From the sequence record PZ357121.2: DNA of 64,000 nucleotides. One strand, 5' to 3'. A program made the translations under genes and the position numbers. The notes beneath the pieces were generated by a model. That model saw only the letters and a program-made list of their open reading frames with translations. It did no database searches and was not told the origin of the DNA. The DNA comes from a phage. Positions 9,135-18,949 of this stretch are shown piece after piece (positions within the stretch are counted from its first letter, which is position 1; each line of letters starts with the position of its first letter).

Positions 9135-10097
9135 TTATTTCCAAGTCAGTTCGCAGGTCAGTTGAAGAAGCATATACATAACATGTAATTCAATATTACT
9201 TGCTAATCCATGAAACTTATTATTTTCGCCTGCAATTTCATAAAGCGAAATAATACTTTTACCTGGTGCAACTTTGTCATAACACTCAGAAACTAATTTA
9301 TCGATGAACCATGAATAATCAGCGGCATATTTTGGAGCTAATGCACGAAGTTGTTTGATATCTTTATTCTTCATTGCTTCGATAACGTCAGAGACTGTGC
9401 CACGATCATTGGTTACAATCGACAAAATACCTGCATCAAGAACACCTTTAGACGAGTACTGGTCTAATTGGCCAATTGTACGACGAAAGTCTGGGAAGTT
9501 CTTTTTAACCAGAGCTGCAACAACTTTCATATCAGCGATTTCGATATTTTCGTTCTTACAGATTTCAACCATGCGATGAATCATTTTCTTCATCATTGAG
9601 ATTTTATCTTCTTCGGTTGGACGTCCGAATTCGATAACTCGACAACGACTACGTAACGGTTCAATAATTCCATCGATGTTGTTAGCAGTAATAATAATAG
9701 AACAGTTACTAGAGAATTCTTCCATAAATGTACGAAGGTGTCGTTGTGATTCAGCAAGGCCACTACGGTCAAATTCATCGATAACGATAACTTTCGGCTT
9801 GCCTTCCATTGAGACTGAACGAGCGAATGCAGTTAACGGACCGCGTACAAAATCAATCTTACAATCAGAACCGTTGACGAACATCATTTCGGCGTTGATA
9901 TCGTTACATAATGCTTTTGCTACGGTTGTTTTACCGGTACCAGGAGATGGAGAGTGTAAAATAATATGAGGAAGTTTTCCTTTAGATACTAAAGACTTGA
10001 ATGTTTCATGGTCATACGCAGGCAGAATACATTCGTCAATGGAAGAAGGACGATATTTCTGTTCCAGAATGTGTTCTTTAGAATTGATAGTAATCAT
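9135..10097 (-). CDS. 44: clamp-loader ATPase gp44
   Basis: 320 aa; Walker [16 protein letters not shown], Walker B VIVIDEFD; position between 62 and 45. Confidence 0.92.
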   Translation of the reverse strand: MITINSKEHILEQKYRPSSIDECILPAYDHETFKSLVSKGKLPHIILHSPSPGTGKTTVAKALCNDINAEMMFVNGSDCKIDFVRGPLTAFARSVSMEGKPKVIVIDEFDRSGLAESQRHLRTFMEEFSSNCSIIITANNIDGIIEPLRSRCRVIEFGRPTEEDKISMMKKMIHRMVEICKNENIEIADMKVVAALVKKNFPDFRRTIGQLDQYSSKGVLDAGILSIVTNDRGTVSDVIEAMKNKDIKQLRALAPKYAADYSWFIDKLVSECYDKVAPGKSIISLYEIAGENNKFHGLASNIELHVMYMLLQLTCELTWK

Positions 10098-10172
10098 GTA
10101 ATTTTCCTCATTGTCATTAAACTGGAGGATTTCTCCTCCATAATCATACTACATTAAACGTAAAGCTTTGTC

Positions 10173-10859
10173 TTAGAAGTCGTGGGTAGAATCAGCTTCC
10201 ATTGCAATAACATAACTTACTTGAGAGCTTTCAAACTTAGCTGCAACTTTATCACCAGCTCCCCACAACATTACTTTATAGTTACCTGGCTGGATTTTCA
10301 TATTAGCCATATTGATTACGAAGTTAAAGTTGTTAGAACCATCATAATCGGTAAGAGTCAAAGAATACTTAGGACGAGTTAGTCCGGAATCTTCAACTTT
10401 ATTATAGCCATTGATAACAATTTTACCATCTTTATTTGTAATAGCAATTGTATCAATCTGAAGACCACGTGAAACTCGAAGCAATTGTTGAAGGTCTTCA
10501 GCTTTAATTTCAGTAATCACAGAAGCCACTGGGAATTGAATTGGCTTATTAGGAAAAACAATGGTGCTCTTGTCAGCGGCAGGCCAATAAACTGTGGAAC
10601 GTGTATCTGCAATTTTAATATTGCCATCAGTGTGCATTGAAATTTCAGCATCATCAGACACTAGACTCAAAATGCTTAAGAAGCTATTCAAATCATAAAG
10701 TGCTACGTCAAAATCAATTTCATCAGAGATATTTGCTTCCGCATAAGTGGTGCCATTAACTGCACGAGTCATAATAAATTTACCTTGACTCAGCAGAATA
10801 CCAGAGTTAATAGAGGCAAAGTTTTTCAGAATAGCGATAGTATCTTTAGACAGTTTCAT
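10173..10859 (-). CDS. 45: sliding clamp gp45
   Basis: 228 aa from ATG 10859 (MKLSKDTIAILKNFASINSG...), SD AAGGAAA; matches T4 gp45. Confidence 0.92.
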   Translation of the reverse strand: MKLSKDTIAILKNFASINSGILLSQGKFIMTRAVNGTTYAEANISDEIDFDVALYDLNSFLSILSLVSDDAEISMHTDGNIKIADTRSTVYWPAADKSTIVFPNKPIQFPVASVITEIKAEDLQQLLRVSRGLQIDTIAITNKDGKIVINGYNKVEDSGLTRPKYSLTLTDYDGSNNFNFVINMANMKIQPGNYKVMLWGAGDKVAAKFESSQVSYVIAMEADSTHDF

Positions 10860-10901
10860 TTTATTTCCTTTCAAGACAATTCAAAGTTTATAACAAATTT
10901 A

Positions 10902-11318
10902 TTATGCAGCAACCATCTGCTTTTTAATAGCTTCAGGCAGTGATTCAATATATTCTGGAATTTTAGAAGCAACAATTTCGCCAGCTGCAATTAGTTGTTC
11001 GTCGGCATCAACACAGTAAAAATCTTCAAGGCGCTCAGAACCGTCTTTATCAAGAACGATTTTAGCACCTGCTTCGATAGAATCTTTATAGTGTTTACGC
11101 ATCAGATGAATCCACATATCAGATACATCGTTATCAATAAAACCATAAATCATAAAACGAGTTTCTTGCGGCAAAGATTGGAGTTTTTTAGCACTTGCGT
11201 CATCACAATGCAGGACCCATGCTTTACGAACACGATTATGGTTATGTGGGTTAGCGTCAGTACGGATAGAAGTAACTTTCAGATCAGCAGCAGTGAAACC
11301 TTTAGCAGTAGTAAACAT
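10902..11318 (-). CDS. rpbA: RNA polymerase-binding protein RpbA (by position and size)
   Basis: 138 aa ORF immediately upstream of gene 45, as in T4. Confidence 0.65.
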   Translation of the reverse strand: MFTTAKGFTAADLKVTSIRTDANPHNHNRVRKAWVLHCDDASAKKLQSLPQETRFMIYGFIDNDVSDMWIHLMRKHYKDSIEAGAKIVLDKDGSERLEDFYCVDADEQLIAAGEIVASKIPEYIESLPEAIKKQMVAA

Positions 11319-11330
11319 ATTATTTCTCTC

Positions 11331-11522
11331 TTATTCGTAGAAGTCGGTAACTGTCCATGCGGAATTGCGATTAGACATTATTTTATTATACTCATCTTTA
11401 AAAGCAGATTTGAGCATTTGTTCAGTAACAATATGTTCTTCACCTGAAAACGTATTGGTCAAAACATATTTTTTAATTTCAGGGACAACGAGAAGATGTT
11501 GTCCGGTTGAATACTCCGCCAT
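11331..11522 (-). CDS. hypothetical protein (45.2-like)
   Basis: 63 aa ORF in T4 45.2 position. Confidence 0.55.
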   Translation of the reverse strand: MAEYSTGQHLLVVPEIKKYVLTNTFSGEEHIVTEQMLKSAFKDEYNKIMSNRNSAWTVTDFYE

Positions 11523-11546
11523 TATAAATCTCCGTGTTTAAAGCAA

Positions 11547-11554
11547 TATAAATA
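11547..11554 (+). promoter_or_regulatory. T4-type late promoter (TATAAATA) upstream of the HNH endonuclease gene
   Basis: Exact TATAAATA on plus strand about 45 nt before ATG 11600. Confidence 0.4.
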
Positions 11555-11599
11555 GGTTTATCAATTTATCTGTTGCTGTATCAAATAAGGATTTAGTAA

Positions 11600-12316
11600 A
11601 TGAATTATAACTCAATATACGAAAAGCTTATCACCAATGCTAAATCAAGAAGTTTAGATGGTTATACAGAACGTCATCACATTATACCACAATGTTTAGG
11701 TGGAAGTGATGATGCTTTAAACTTAGTAGACTTAACACCAGAAGAACATTATTTGGCACATCAACTGTTGGTAAAAATCCATCCAGATAATGCCTCTTTA
11801 ATATATGCTGCTCGTATGATGACTATCTCATCTCCTAAAGCAGATAGAAGCAAAAACAAATTATTTGGATGGCTTCGACGTAAGAATCAAGAAGTTCAAA
11901 AGAACAAAGAATTCACTGCTGAAACCCGTAAGAAAATGTCCGAGTCTGCAAAAAATAAACCAAAGATTACATGTCCACACTGCGGTTTAACCGGCACTGA
12001 AGGAAACATGAGACGTTGGCATTTTGATAACTGTAAACAGGGCCCTACGCCTAAAATAGTAAAACTTGATCAAGAAACAAAGGATAAAATAATTAAAACC
12101 ATGGCCACGAAAATTTGGAAAGAAGATTCTTGCCCGTTTTGTGGCTTAACTACTAAGTTATCGGCGTTAAAGCCGCATATAAAATTCTGTAAATCAAATC
12201 CTAACAGAAAGAAAAAAGAGGACAAGAAAATTAAATGTCCTCATTGCGATAAAATAGGGATCCCTGCTAATATGCATCGTTGGCATTTTGATAACTGTAA
12301 ACATAAGCCTCATTAA
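11600..12316 (+). CDS. HNH homing endonuclease with three tandem zinc-finger modules
   Basis: 238 aa; HNH motif ERHHIIPQCLGG..N; repeats CPHCGLTGTEGNMRRWHFDNCK / CPFCGLTT..KFCK / CPHCDKIGIPANMHRWHFDNCK; only plus-strand gene among minus-strand replication genes. Confidence 0.85.
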   Translation: MNYNSIYEKLITNAKSRSLDGYTERHHIIPQCLGGSDDALNLVDLTPEEHYLAHQLLVKIHPDNASLIYAARMMTISSPKADRSKNKLFGWLRRKNQEVQKNKEFTAETRKKMSESAKNKPKITCPHCGLTGTEGNMRRWHFDNCKQGPTPKIVKLDQETKDKIIKTMATKIWKEDSCPFCGLTTKLSALKPHIKFCKSNPNRKKKEDKKIKCPHCDKIGIPANMHRWHFDNCKHKPH

Positions 12317-14001
12317 GAGGCTTTCATTACAGTAAATCGTCCAACTTTGCTCATTTGCAAATGTTGTCCATAAGCTTGTGGGTCATGGTCTCTGTGGCTA
12401 ATTATAAACACGTTTGCATCGGTTAGAGAGTTAAGAATTGTTGAAATAGCTTTAATACCTTCAGAATCAGTCGCGGAATCCATGACTTCGTCCATAATTA
12501 ATGTATTGATTCTAACACCAGAAACCTTTTCAGCAATATCTCGCCATGTAAACAACAGTGCGATATCGATACGTGCCTTTTCACCTTGACTAAATGAAGC
12601 ATAACTAAAGTCTTCACGACCACGTGATTTTATAGATTCATTGAATTCTTCGTCAATAGAAAACACGTAATCAGCTTCCATGATTTTAAGATAATGGTTA
12701 ATCTGCTTATTAAACAGAGGCACATATTTTTTAATGATAGCACCTTTAATACCAGAATCTTTTAACATATCTGTGATAATACCACGATGGTATTTTTCAA
12801 GAACGATATCCGATTTTGTTTTAATGATTTTATCAAGTTCTTTTTGAAGCAAAGCTATCTCATCGGCATGGTCGATAAATTCTGCTGAGGCTTGCTCTAT
12901 TGCAGCTTTAACTTTCTTAGCTTTATCAATAGTGGCAATCATTGCTTGTTTCTTGGTACGAATATCAGATGCAAGGTCCTGCTTAGTCTTAACATTAGCT
13001 CTATATTCATCAACTAGGACACTCAGATTATCTCTGTGACAGGTAAGTTGCTCGAATGAGTGATTACATTCATGAAGCTTATCGGTAATCTTAGAGACAA
13101 TAGGGTCACCCTGGTGCAACTGTGATGCACAAGTAGGACATGTCCCGCCATCATGATACATCTTAATAACTTTGTTGTATGAGTCAATTTTAGATTTAAT
13201 CAAGAATGCTTCTTGTCCTATCTTGTTGAATGCCTCAGTAGGGTCTTCATCAAGAACGATATTAAGTAGACGCTCATTAGCTTCTTCGATTTCTGCTTTT
13301 AATGAACGAGCTTCTTTGGCTAGGTCGTCATACATATTCTGTAGACGCGCTACATTATCGCCAGATAATTTCTTTTGACGTTCGATATTCTCGTTATAAA
13401 TCTTAATTTGTTGGATAATACCATCTTTCTTGGCATCAAGAACTTGTCCCTGAGAATTAAGTTCTCGAACTTGAGACTTATTGATTTTATCCATTTCAGC
13501 GAGTGTGCCGACTTCTAAAAGGTCTTCGACAAGTTTTCTACGAGCAGGGGTGCTAAGAGCCATGAAAGGGGTATACCCTGCCGTCCCAAGCACAACGATC
13601 TGTTTAAAAGACGCGTATGACATTCCGATGCTACGTTCAAATTCTTCTTGGAAGTCACGACTGCTGGCAGATTCATCAAGACGAACACCGTCAACGGAGA
13701 TTTCGAAAATATTGGGCTTTTGGCCACGTTTAATGAAGTATTTTTTATCATCGAATTCCATCCAAAGCTCAACTAAGAGCTCTTTCTTGTTCGTGCTATT
13801 AATGATTTGTCCTTTCTTAACATCACGAAATGGTTTACCGAAAAGTCCGAAAGTAATGGCTTCTAACATCGTAGATTTACCACCGCCATTTTTACCAGTG
13901 ATTAATGTCTTTTGGACTTTATCTAATTGGATATCAATAGGATTCCCACCTACCGACATGATGTTTTGATAACGAACACGATTTAATTTAAATGATTTCA
14001 T
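12313..14001 (-). CDS. 46: recombination endonuclease subunit gp46 (Rad50-like)
   Basis: 562 aa; Walker A GKNGGGKST, long coiled coil with CPTC zinc hook, C-terminal signature/Walker B; T4 gp46-like N-terminus. Confidence 0.92.
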   Translation of the reverse strand: MKSFKLNRVRYQNIMSVGGNPIDIQLDKVQKTLITGKNGGGKSTMLEAITFGLFGKPFRDVKKGQIINSTNKKELLVELWMEFDDKKYFIKRGQKPNIFEISVDGVRLDESASSRDFQEEFERSIGMSYASFKQIVVLGTAGYTPFMALSTPARRKLVEDLLEVGTLAEMDKINKSQVRELNSQGQVLDAKKDGIIQQIKIYNENIERQKKLSGDNVARLQNMYDDLAKEARSLKAEIEEANERLLNIVLDEDPTEAFNKIGQEAFLIKSKIDSYNKVIKMYHDGGTCPTCASQLHQGDPIVSKITDKLHECNHSFEQLTCHRDNLSVLVDEYRANVKTKQDLASDIRTKKQAMIATIDKAKKVKAAIEQASAEFIDHADEIALLQKELDKIIKTKSDIVLEKYHRGIITDMLKDSGIKGAIIKKYVPLFNKQINHYLKIMEADYVFSIDEEFNESIKSRGREDFSYASFSQGEKARIDIALLFTWRDIAEKVSGVRINTLIMDEVMDSATDSEGIKAISTILNSLTDANVFIISHRDHDPQAYGQHLQMSKVGRFTVMKAS

Positions 14002-14249
14002 ATGTATTCTCTTCGAATGAAGTCCTCTACATATTTTAACATGTCATCCCTATCAGCAAAATATTCATCTAGTTCTGCATACATAACAACACCTGGTGCG
14101 TACTCACAGGTAACATACATTGTTCCGAAGAAACGAGGAGATGATTCCTCGTAATTCTCAGTCCATTCAACGATACCAATATAACCGTCACCAATACTAA
14201 ATTCATGACGATGGATTTCATAGTCAGTCTTCGTAGTCATTATAAGCAT
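13998..14249 (-). CDS. hypothetical protein (46.1-like)
   Basis: 83 aa ORF between 47 and 46; ATGA overlap with gene 46. Confidence 0.55.
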   Translation of the reverse strand: MLIMTTKTDYEIHRHEFSIGDGYIGIVEWTENYEESSPRFFGTMYVTCEYAPGVVMYAELDEYFADRDDMLKYVEDFIRREYI

Positions 14250-14484
14250 CCTCGATGCAGGCTTCAGCCATTTTCAGAAGAGAACCAGGAGTATCACCGT
14301 CCATTACATTGAAACTGAATTCCACAGCCCAGTCTGTACAGACACGAACTGCTTTAACTTCACCGTCTTCAACTCGTAATGGTTCAATCCAGTATTTCAC
14401 TGTGTTCTCGAATCCGTCGTCGTCAATAACGTCTATTTCAACTTCAAGCCCGAGCCCAGCATTGTTAAATTCATCTAAAGTCAT
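14224..14484 (-). CDS. hypothetical acidic protein (46.2-like)
   Basis: 86 aa ORF between 47 and 46. Confidence 0.55.
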   Translation of the reverse strand: MTLDEFNNAGLGLEVEIDVIDDDGFENTVKYWIEPLRVEDGEVKAVRVCTDWAVEFSFNVMDGDTPGSLLKMAEACIEDAYNDYED

Positions 14485-15500
14485 TGTGTTGCCTCAATAT
14501 AAAGTTCGTTGGAATATTTGACCAGCGCTTCTCTGTCTTCGTCTGAGATATCTGGAATCGCGTCAATATATTCTTTAATGATATCTTGAAGTGATTTAAT
14601 CTCGATTTCCTGGTCGTCATCAGATTCAACACTGTTATCAACTTTAGAAACCATACGAAGAGAGTGAACTACTTTTTCAAGTTCAGATTCAAACTTAGTC
14701 AAATCTGAATCAATTTCTGATACTATAACACGTACGGCTAGATTAGTATAATCAGAATAATTGATTTTGCCTTTAAACGGATAAGTGATTCGTCGATGCC
14801 ATGTTGTTTCATTAGGAATAAATTCCATACGTTCGACATCAGTGTCAAATACCCAGAATCCGCGCGGGTCGTTCTCATCACCTGCAGTAAGAGTCCATGG
14901 TGTCCCAATATATTTGACGTTAGCAGCTTCAGAGATTGTGTGGAAGTGGCCGGACCAGACTTGTTTATAGGTCTTTAAGAAATCAGGTTCAAGCCCATGA
15001 GACTTCATTCCTTTATAGAAATAAAAGCCGTTCAGTTCCCAGTGACCAACACAATATGCAGCAGAAGAAGTCTTGATGTGCTCTAAGATTTCACCTGTAT
15101 TTTCTTCACACATCCATGGAACGATATCAATCAGGCATCCGTCAAAATCTACAGTAGTTGGATGTTCGTAAATAGTAAAGTTTTCAAATTGAGTTAACAA
15201 TTCAGAAACAGTGTTAGGTGTTATTGTATTCTTAAACGCCATGTCATGGTTTCCTATCGTGACATGAACGTGAATGCCTGCTTTAGAAATCATATCAACG
15301 ATTTCACGATTGAATTCCATTGTACGATGTGTTATTGCTTTACGGACGTCAAACCAATCACCGTACTGAATCCAAGTTTTAATCCCGTGTTTCTTAGAGT
15401 ATTCAATTGCTTGTCGAATACCATCACGTTGAATATCTTGAACCCATGGGTCGTCTTGTTTGACTCCGATATGGAAGTCGCCTAAGTGCAAAATTTTCAT
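14481..15500 (-). CDS. 47: recombination endonuclease subunit gp47 (Mre11-like)
   Basis: 339 aa; phosphoesterase motifs LHLGDFH, GDWFD, GNHD; SD GAGGAAA. Confidence 0.92.
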   Translation of the reverse strand: MKILHLGDFHIGVKQDDPWVQDIQRDGIRQAIEYSKKHGIKTWIQYGDWFDVRKAITHRTMEFNREIVDMISKAGIHVHVTIGNHDMAFKNTITPNTVSELLTQFENFTIYEHPTTVDFDGCLIDIVPWMCEENTGEILEHIKTSSAAYCVGHWELNGFYFYKGMKSHGLEPDFLKTYKQVWSGHFHTISEAANVKYIGTPWTLTAGDENDPRGFWVFDTDVERMEFIPNETTWHRRITYPFKGKINYSDYTNLAVRVIVSEIDSDLTKFESELEKVVHSLRMVSKVDNSVESDDDQEIEIKSLQDIIKEYIDAIPDISDEDREALVKYSNELYIEATQ

Positions 15501-15551
15501 ATTATTTCCTCATTAGTTAATTCATTCTATCATCCGTTTATAAAGCAAAAA

Positions 15552-15569
15552 AGGAACTCCGAAGAGTTC
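15552..15569 (-). terminator. rho-independent terminator (minus strand)
   Basis: Stem GGAACTC/GAGTTCC with 4-nt loop, followed on minus strand by TTTTTTGC. Confidence 0.5.
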
Positions 15570-15743
15570 CTATCCACATAGTACACCGTACAGAGGCTCA
15601 TTTGAACTTTTAAATCGAATGGGCTTGTACGTAATAGTTCCTTCGGCTTTAGCTTTATCATAAGACTCTTTAAAACGTCTCATTCTTTCTGCTTTGCCTT
15701 TACGGATTTTATCAAAATTTTCAGAAGTCGGGATGTTCGTCAT
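15570..15743 (-). CDS. small hypothetical protein (57 aa), below ORF-track cutoff
   Basis: Manual translation MTNIPTSENFDKIRKGKAERMRRFKESYDKAKAEG...; SD GAGAGGTG; stop abuts terminator hairpin. Confidence 0.45.
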   Translation of the reverse strand: MTNIPTSENFDKIRKGKAERMRRFKESYDKAKAEGTITYKPIRFKSSNEPLYGVLCG

Positions 15744-15782
15744 GCATAAGCACCTCTCAGAAAATGCCTAAATCGATTTCTC

Positions 15783-15989
15783 TCATCGTTTCCACCATTT
15801 CTTAACTTGAAATGAATCAACCCACACGAGTTGTTTTGGATCTGCCTTTACAATAGGCGGACAAATTTCTGTAATAGAACCGTCGTGATATTCCTTTTCG
15901 GAAATTTTAACACAAAGAGGACCACCCAATTTAACGGTGAACCCTGCGTTCAGCTTCAGACGTTTAAACTTTGTTTGAACTAGCGCCAT
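15783..15989 (-). CDS. hypothetical protein
   Basis: 68 aa from internal ATG (MALVQTKFKRLKL...) with SD GAGGA; ORF-track start is a TTG extension. Confidence 0.5.
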   Translation of the reverse strand: MALVQTKFKRLKLNAGFTVKLGGPLCVKISEKEYHDGSITEICPPIVKADPKQLVWVDSFQVKKWWKR

Positions 15990-16287
15990 TAATGATGTCC
16001 TCAATAGCCTGACGAGTAGTAACCCACTGGATTTTAATTAACTTGTCATTATACGGTTGTCGTAGAATATCCCGAGATTTCTTAATAGCATATTCGTAAG
16101 CTTCGAAGTTGTTTTGAATTGCTGCTTCTTGAGCATGTGCATAAAGACGGTTTAGTTCAAAACGATTCTTTTTAAGAATCTTTTCGGATTTTTTACGTGC
16201 TTCAGCTTCATTTTTCTTTTGGATTTCTTGTAGCATTTTAGCTACTGCATCTTCTGCTTCTTTATTTTCAATAATCTCGGTAGTCAT
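15964..16287 (-). CDS. hypothetical protein
   Basis: 107 aa ORF, charged/helical. Confidence 0.55.
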   Translation of the reverse strand: MTTEIIENKEAEDAVAKMLQEIQKKNEAEARKKSEKILKKNRFELNRLYAHAQEAAIQNNFEAYEYAIKKSRDILRQPYNDKLIKIQWVTTRQAIEDIINGASSNKV

Positions 16288-16288
16288 A

Positions 16289-16504
16289 TTATCTCATTAA
16301 ATTAAAATAAAAACGTCCATCCTCTTCAATACAGAACTCATACTCAACTGGAGTCCCATTTATTGAAAATGACACGTCATGTGGGTTCAAAGGGTCGATG
16401 TCAAAATTAATTTTAAATTCACGACCCAACAGTTTTACCAAATAAGGGATTGCTTCGTCAAAAGGTTCTTCTAAGTAGTTAGAGATGTCAATTGTCATCC
16501 TCAT
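16289..16504 (-). CDS. hypothetical protein
   Basis: About 71 aa from internal ATG ([15 protein letters not shown]...); upstream part of ORF overlaps the gene 55 3' end. Confidence 0.45.
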   Translation of the reverse strand: MRMTIDISNYLEEPFDEAIPYLVKLLGREFKINFDIDPLNPHDVSFSINGTPVEYEFCIEEDGRFYFNLMR

Positions 16505-17045
16505 ATAAAAAATCCAAACTAGGCGAATCGCTAACAACTTCCTTCTTTTCAGCCCCAGGAGCTTTATAAGCGGATTCTTCATAATGCGTCATTTTATCGT
16601 AGATGTCTTGAATAAACGTTTCATCTACCAACGCTACCATATCATCGTCATGACTGTCGTAGACATTATGAACGAAGTAACTATATTTCTTTGCAACTTC
16701 CTTACGTTCTTTTTTGATACGTTGGACAAAAGCATTAAAACAAGCTCGAGTTATGTATGCATGTGGGTTATTGTACTTAGTTTCGTCGAAATTATGAAGT
16801 CCCTTAATAGAGGCTTCAATCCCATCTGCAATCATCTCCTGCTTCCAAGACTGGGTATATCCTGAAAAGTTGAAACGTTTGGACAGGCCTTCGGCGATAA
16901 GCATAATTGCTAAACCGATGGTATCATTCTGACGAATAATTTTGTTTGGGTCTTTATTATTTAAGAGCTCCTTTTTCCACTCGATTATAGCGGCGAGAAG
17001 CTCTTTATTATTCACATAGTTATTTTTAGGTTTTTGTTCAGTCAT
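16488..17045 (-). CDS. 55: late-transcription sigma factor gp55
   Basis: 185 aa from ATG 17045 ([20 protein letters not shown]...), SD AGAGGT; matches T4 gp55 length and sequence. Confidence 0.9.
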   Translation of the reverse strand: MTEQKPKNNYVNNKELLAAIIEWKKELLNNKDPNKIIRQNDTIGLAIMLIAEGLSKRFNFSGYTQSWKQEMIADGIEASIKGLHNFDETKYNNPHAYITRACFNAFVQRIKKERKEVAKKYSYFVHNVYDSHDDDMVALVDETFIQDIYDKMTHYEESAYKAPGAEKKEVVSDSPSLDFLYEDDN

Positions 17046-17074
17046 AAGTACCTCTTGGCTCAATTCATAGGTCT

Positions 17075-17110
17075 ATTATATCATAATATTTAGAGACCTA
17101 TCTTAAAGCA
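17075..17110 (-). promoter_or_regulatory. candidate promoter for gene 55 (extended -10 TGnTATAAT; TGCTTTA MotA-box-like upstream)
   Basis: Minus strand reads CGTGCTTTAAGATAGGTCTCTAAATATTATGATATAATAG about 30 nt upstream of ATG. Confidence 0.3.
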
Positions 17111-17117
17111 CGAGATA

Positions 17118-17387
17118 CTATCGGAGCAAACAATAAGCCTGAAACACTTTTTCCATTAAACGTTTGAACTCATGGATATCGATATAAAGCTCAGTAAGAC
17201 CGGCATTATAAAGAAAATCTAAAAAGTTCTCATGTGTTTCGTTATAGTCGCCTTCGTTTAATTGAGATACATGAGTTTCCCAAAAACCAACACCTTTAAC
17301 AAATGGAAAATACGTAACTTTCATAAAGTTGTCGACGTAAAATTCACCCAGCTTTTCTTCAGTTATACTGATTCGAGTTAATTTCAT
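17118..17387 (-). CDS. hypothetical protein
   Basis: 89 aa ORF in minus-strand gene array. Confidence 0.55.
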   Translation of the reverse strand: MKLTRISITEEKLGEFYVDNFMKVTYFPFVKGVGFWETHVSQLNEGDYNETHENFLDFLYNAGLTELYIDIHEFKRLMEKVFQAYCLLR

Positions 17388-17611
17388 TCTAGTTCCTTTG
17401 CTGCTTCAAGAGCAACATCCAGCGAATCAAATTGGTCTACGAAATCAATATTCAACGCATCATCAACCGTAGCATATAACCACCATTGTTTGAATTCGTA
17501 TTCTAGAATAAATCCAGGACCTTCAATCTGAGGAAGACCTAGGCTATTTGTACCAACTTCGTAACCAGCTAGACGCAGGTCATTAATCAAAGTTTCTGTT
17601 AATACGCTCAT
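17384..17611 (-). CDS. hypothetical acidic protein
   Basis: 75 aa ORF; start/stop overlaps with neighbours. Confidence 0.55.
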   Translation of the reverse strand: MSVLTETLINDLRLAGYEVGTNSLGLPQIEGPGFILEYEFKQWWLYATVDDALNIDFVDQFDSLDVALEAAKELE

Positions 17612-17988
17612 TTTGCCGCCTTAACAATTTTCAGGTCAACGAATTTTTTCTTACGTTGATTTTTCATACGACGGATAGTCTTTTCAGAGATTTCATGTTT
17701 CTGATAAGCTTTAGATTCAACACCAAATGCAGCAACGTCAAATTCAGAAAGAATATATTGTACTAGAATTTCACGAATAGAATTACGTCCAATTTTCTGG
17801 TCGTGTTTTTGCATGATTTCATAAAGACGGAATTCCCACGCATCAAGAACTTGAGGAGTAACAATATTGCCAGATTCCAGAAGAGCAACAACTTTATCGA
17901 AAGCGAAAGAATTAACTACGTTTTTGATTTTAGTAGACATATTATTTTCCTCGGTTATTTTATTATCCAACGAGAGAATTATACTCAT
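17608..17988 (-). CDS. hypothetical protein
   Basis: 126 aa ORF. Confidence 0.6.
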   Translation of the reverse strand: MSIILSLDNKITEENNMSTKIKNVVNSFAFDKVVALLESGNIVTPQVLDAWEFRLYEIMQKHDQKIGRNSIREILVQYILSEFDVAAFGVESKAYQKHEISEKTIRRMKNQRKKKFVDLKIVKAAK

Positions 17989-18006
17989 CTCTCAAGAGTT
18001 TGTATA

Positions 18007-18246
18007 CTATTTTTTAAGCATGAAAAGTAAGTAATTTGTATCACGTGGAGTAATATCAACACCCATATCAAAGATGCCTTTATAGATTGGGTATTTGTTT
18101 TCGGTTGTATCGAAGCTGAAACTATTTCCATCACAACTAACAGTAATAGCATCTGTTAAAATGTCATACTCAATCCTAACAATTGAATCCCCAATTTTAA
18201 CGTCGAGGTGTTTTTTGAATTTGATAAAATCTAATTCTTGGGCCAT
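18007..18246 (-). CDS. hypothetical protein
   Basis: 79 aa ORF. Confidence 0.55.
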   Translation of the reverse strand: MAQELDFIKFKKHLDVKIGDSIVRIEYDILTDAITVSCDGNSFSFDTTENKYPIYKGIFDMGVDITPRDTNYLLFMLKK

Positions 18247-18309
18247 GATATTTTCCTCATTTTAAGACGATAGGAAGATAATAACATGTCTTCCTATCGT
18301 TGTACATTA

Positions 18310-18510
18310 TTAACCGAACTTTTTAGCGCCTTTCCAGCCTTCGTACATAACTGCACAAGTCAGTAGTACAGCGTGCTGGCATTCTTTGTATTTGTAAATC
18401 CAGAACCAGCGTAAGAAGTCTTCATCCTCAACGCCGTTGAGTTTCATATTGGCAAAGAATTCGGCACGTTCTTCACGAAGCTTTTGCGATAACATAGATT
18501 CAGGATTCAT
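18310..18510 (-). CDS. hypothetical protein
   Basis: 66 aa ORF. Confidence 0.5.
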   Translation of the reverse strand: MNPESMLSQKLREERAEFFANMKLNGVEDEDFLRWFWIYKYKECQHAVLLTCAVMYEGWKGAKKFG

Positions 18511-18641
18511 TTTGTGTTCCAGGCCCCATTTTCATCGATGAACTTAATCCAGTCATTTACAGACCATTTAGTTGTATCACCCTTTGGATTAACATTTAAA
18601 GTATATAATCCCTGCTTAAAAAGCATTCGTTTGATATTCAT
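18507..18641 (-). CDS. small hypothetical protein
   Basis: 44 aa from internal ATG 18641 with strong SD GAGGAAA; ORF-track start overlaps the upstream gene. Confidence 0.4.
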   Translation of the reverse strand: MNIKRMLFKQGLYTLNVNPKGDTTKWSVNDWIKFIDENGAWNTK

Positions 18642-18648
18642 AATTTCC

Positions 18649-18942
18649 TCAACTGTAACGATAACATTCGTTAGCTTTACGTTTGGCTTCAGTATGAGAA
18701 GTATTATAATCATACTCTTCTTTACTGTAAACATCTTTTTTCAACTTACGAACTTCTTTGCGGAGTTGTCGATTCATTTCATTCTTGACTTCAGAATCAA
18801 CGCCTTTCATACGCTTCCATTTATCAGAGCGGAATATGTTTTCAACCATGTCTTTGTGGCTAACACCGTCAGGAGCTTTACGCTTACCAAAATAGTCGTA
18901 ATCGCGAACTTTCAAATCTTTACGACGATATGTTTTACCCAT
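18649..18942 (-). CDS. hypothetical basic protein
   Basis: 97 aa from ATG 18942 (MGKTYRRKDLK...), SD GAGGT. Confidence 0.5.
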   Translation of the reverse strand: MGKTYRRKDLKVRDYDYFGKRKAPDGVSHKDMVENIFRSDKWKRMKGVDSEVKNEMNRQLRKEVRKLKKDVYSKEEYDYNTSHTEAKRKANECYRYS

Positions 18943-18949
18943 AAGTACC

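Noticed and set aside
13481-13969. Plus-strand 162-aa ORF antisense to gene 46
   Set aside because: Fully embedded in the gp46 coding region with no start context; the same applies to 8151-8744, 18514-18960, 48689-49216, 51490-51969 and similar plus-strand ORFs.
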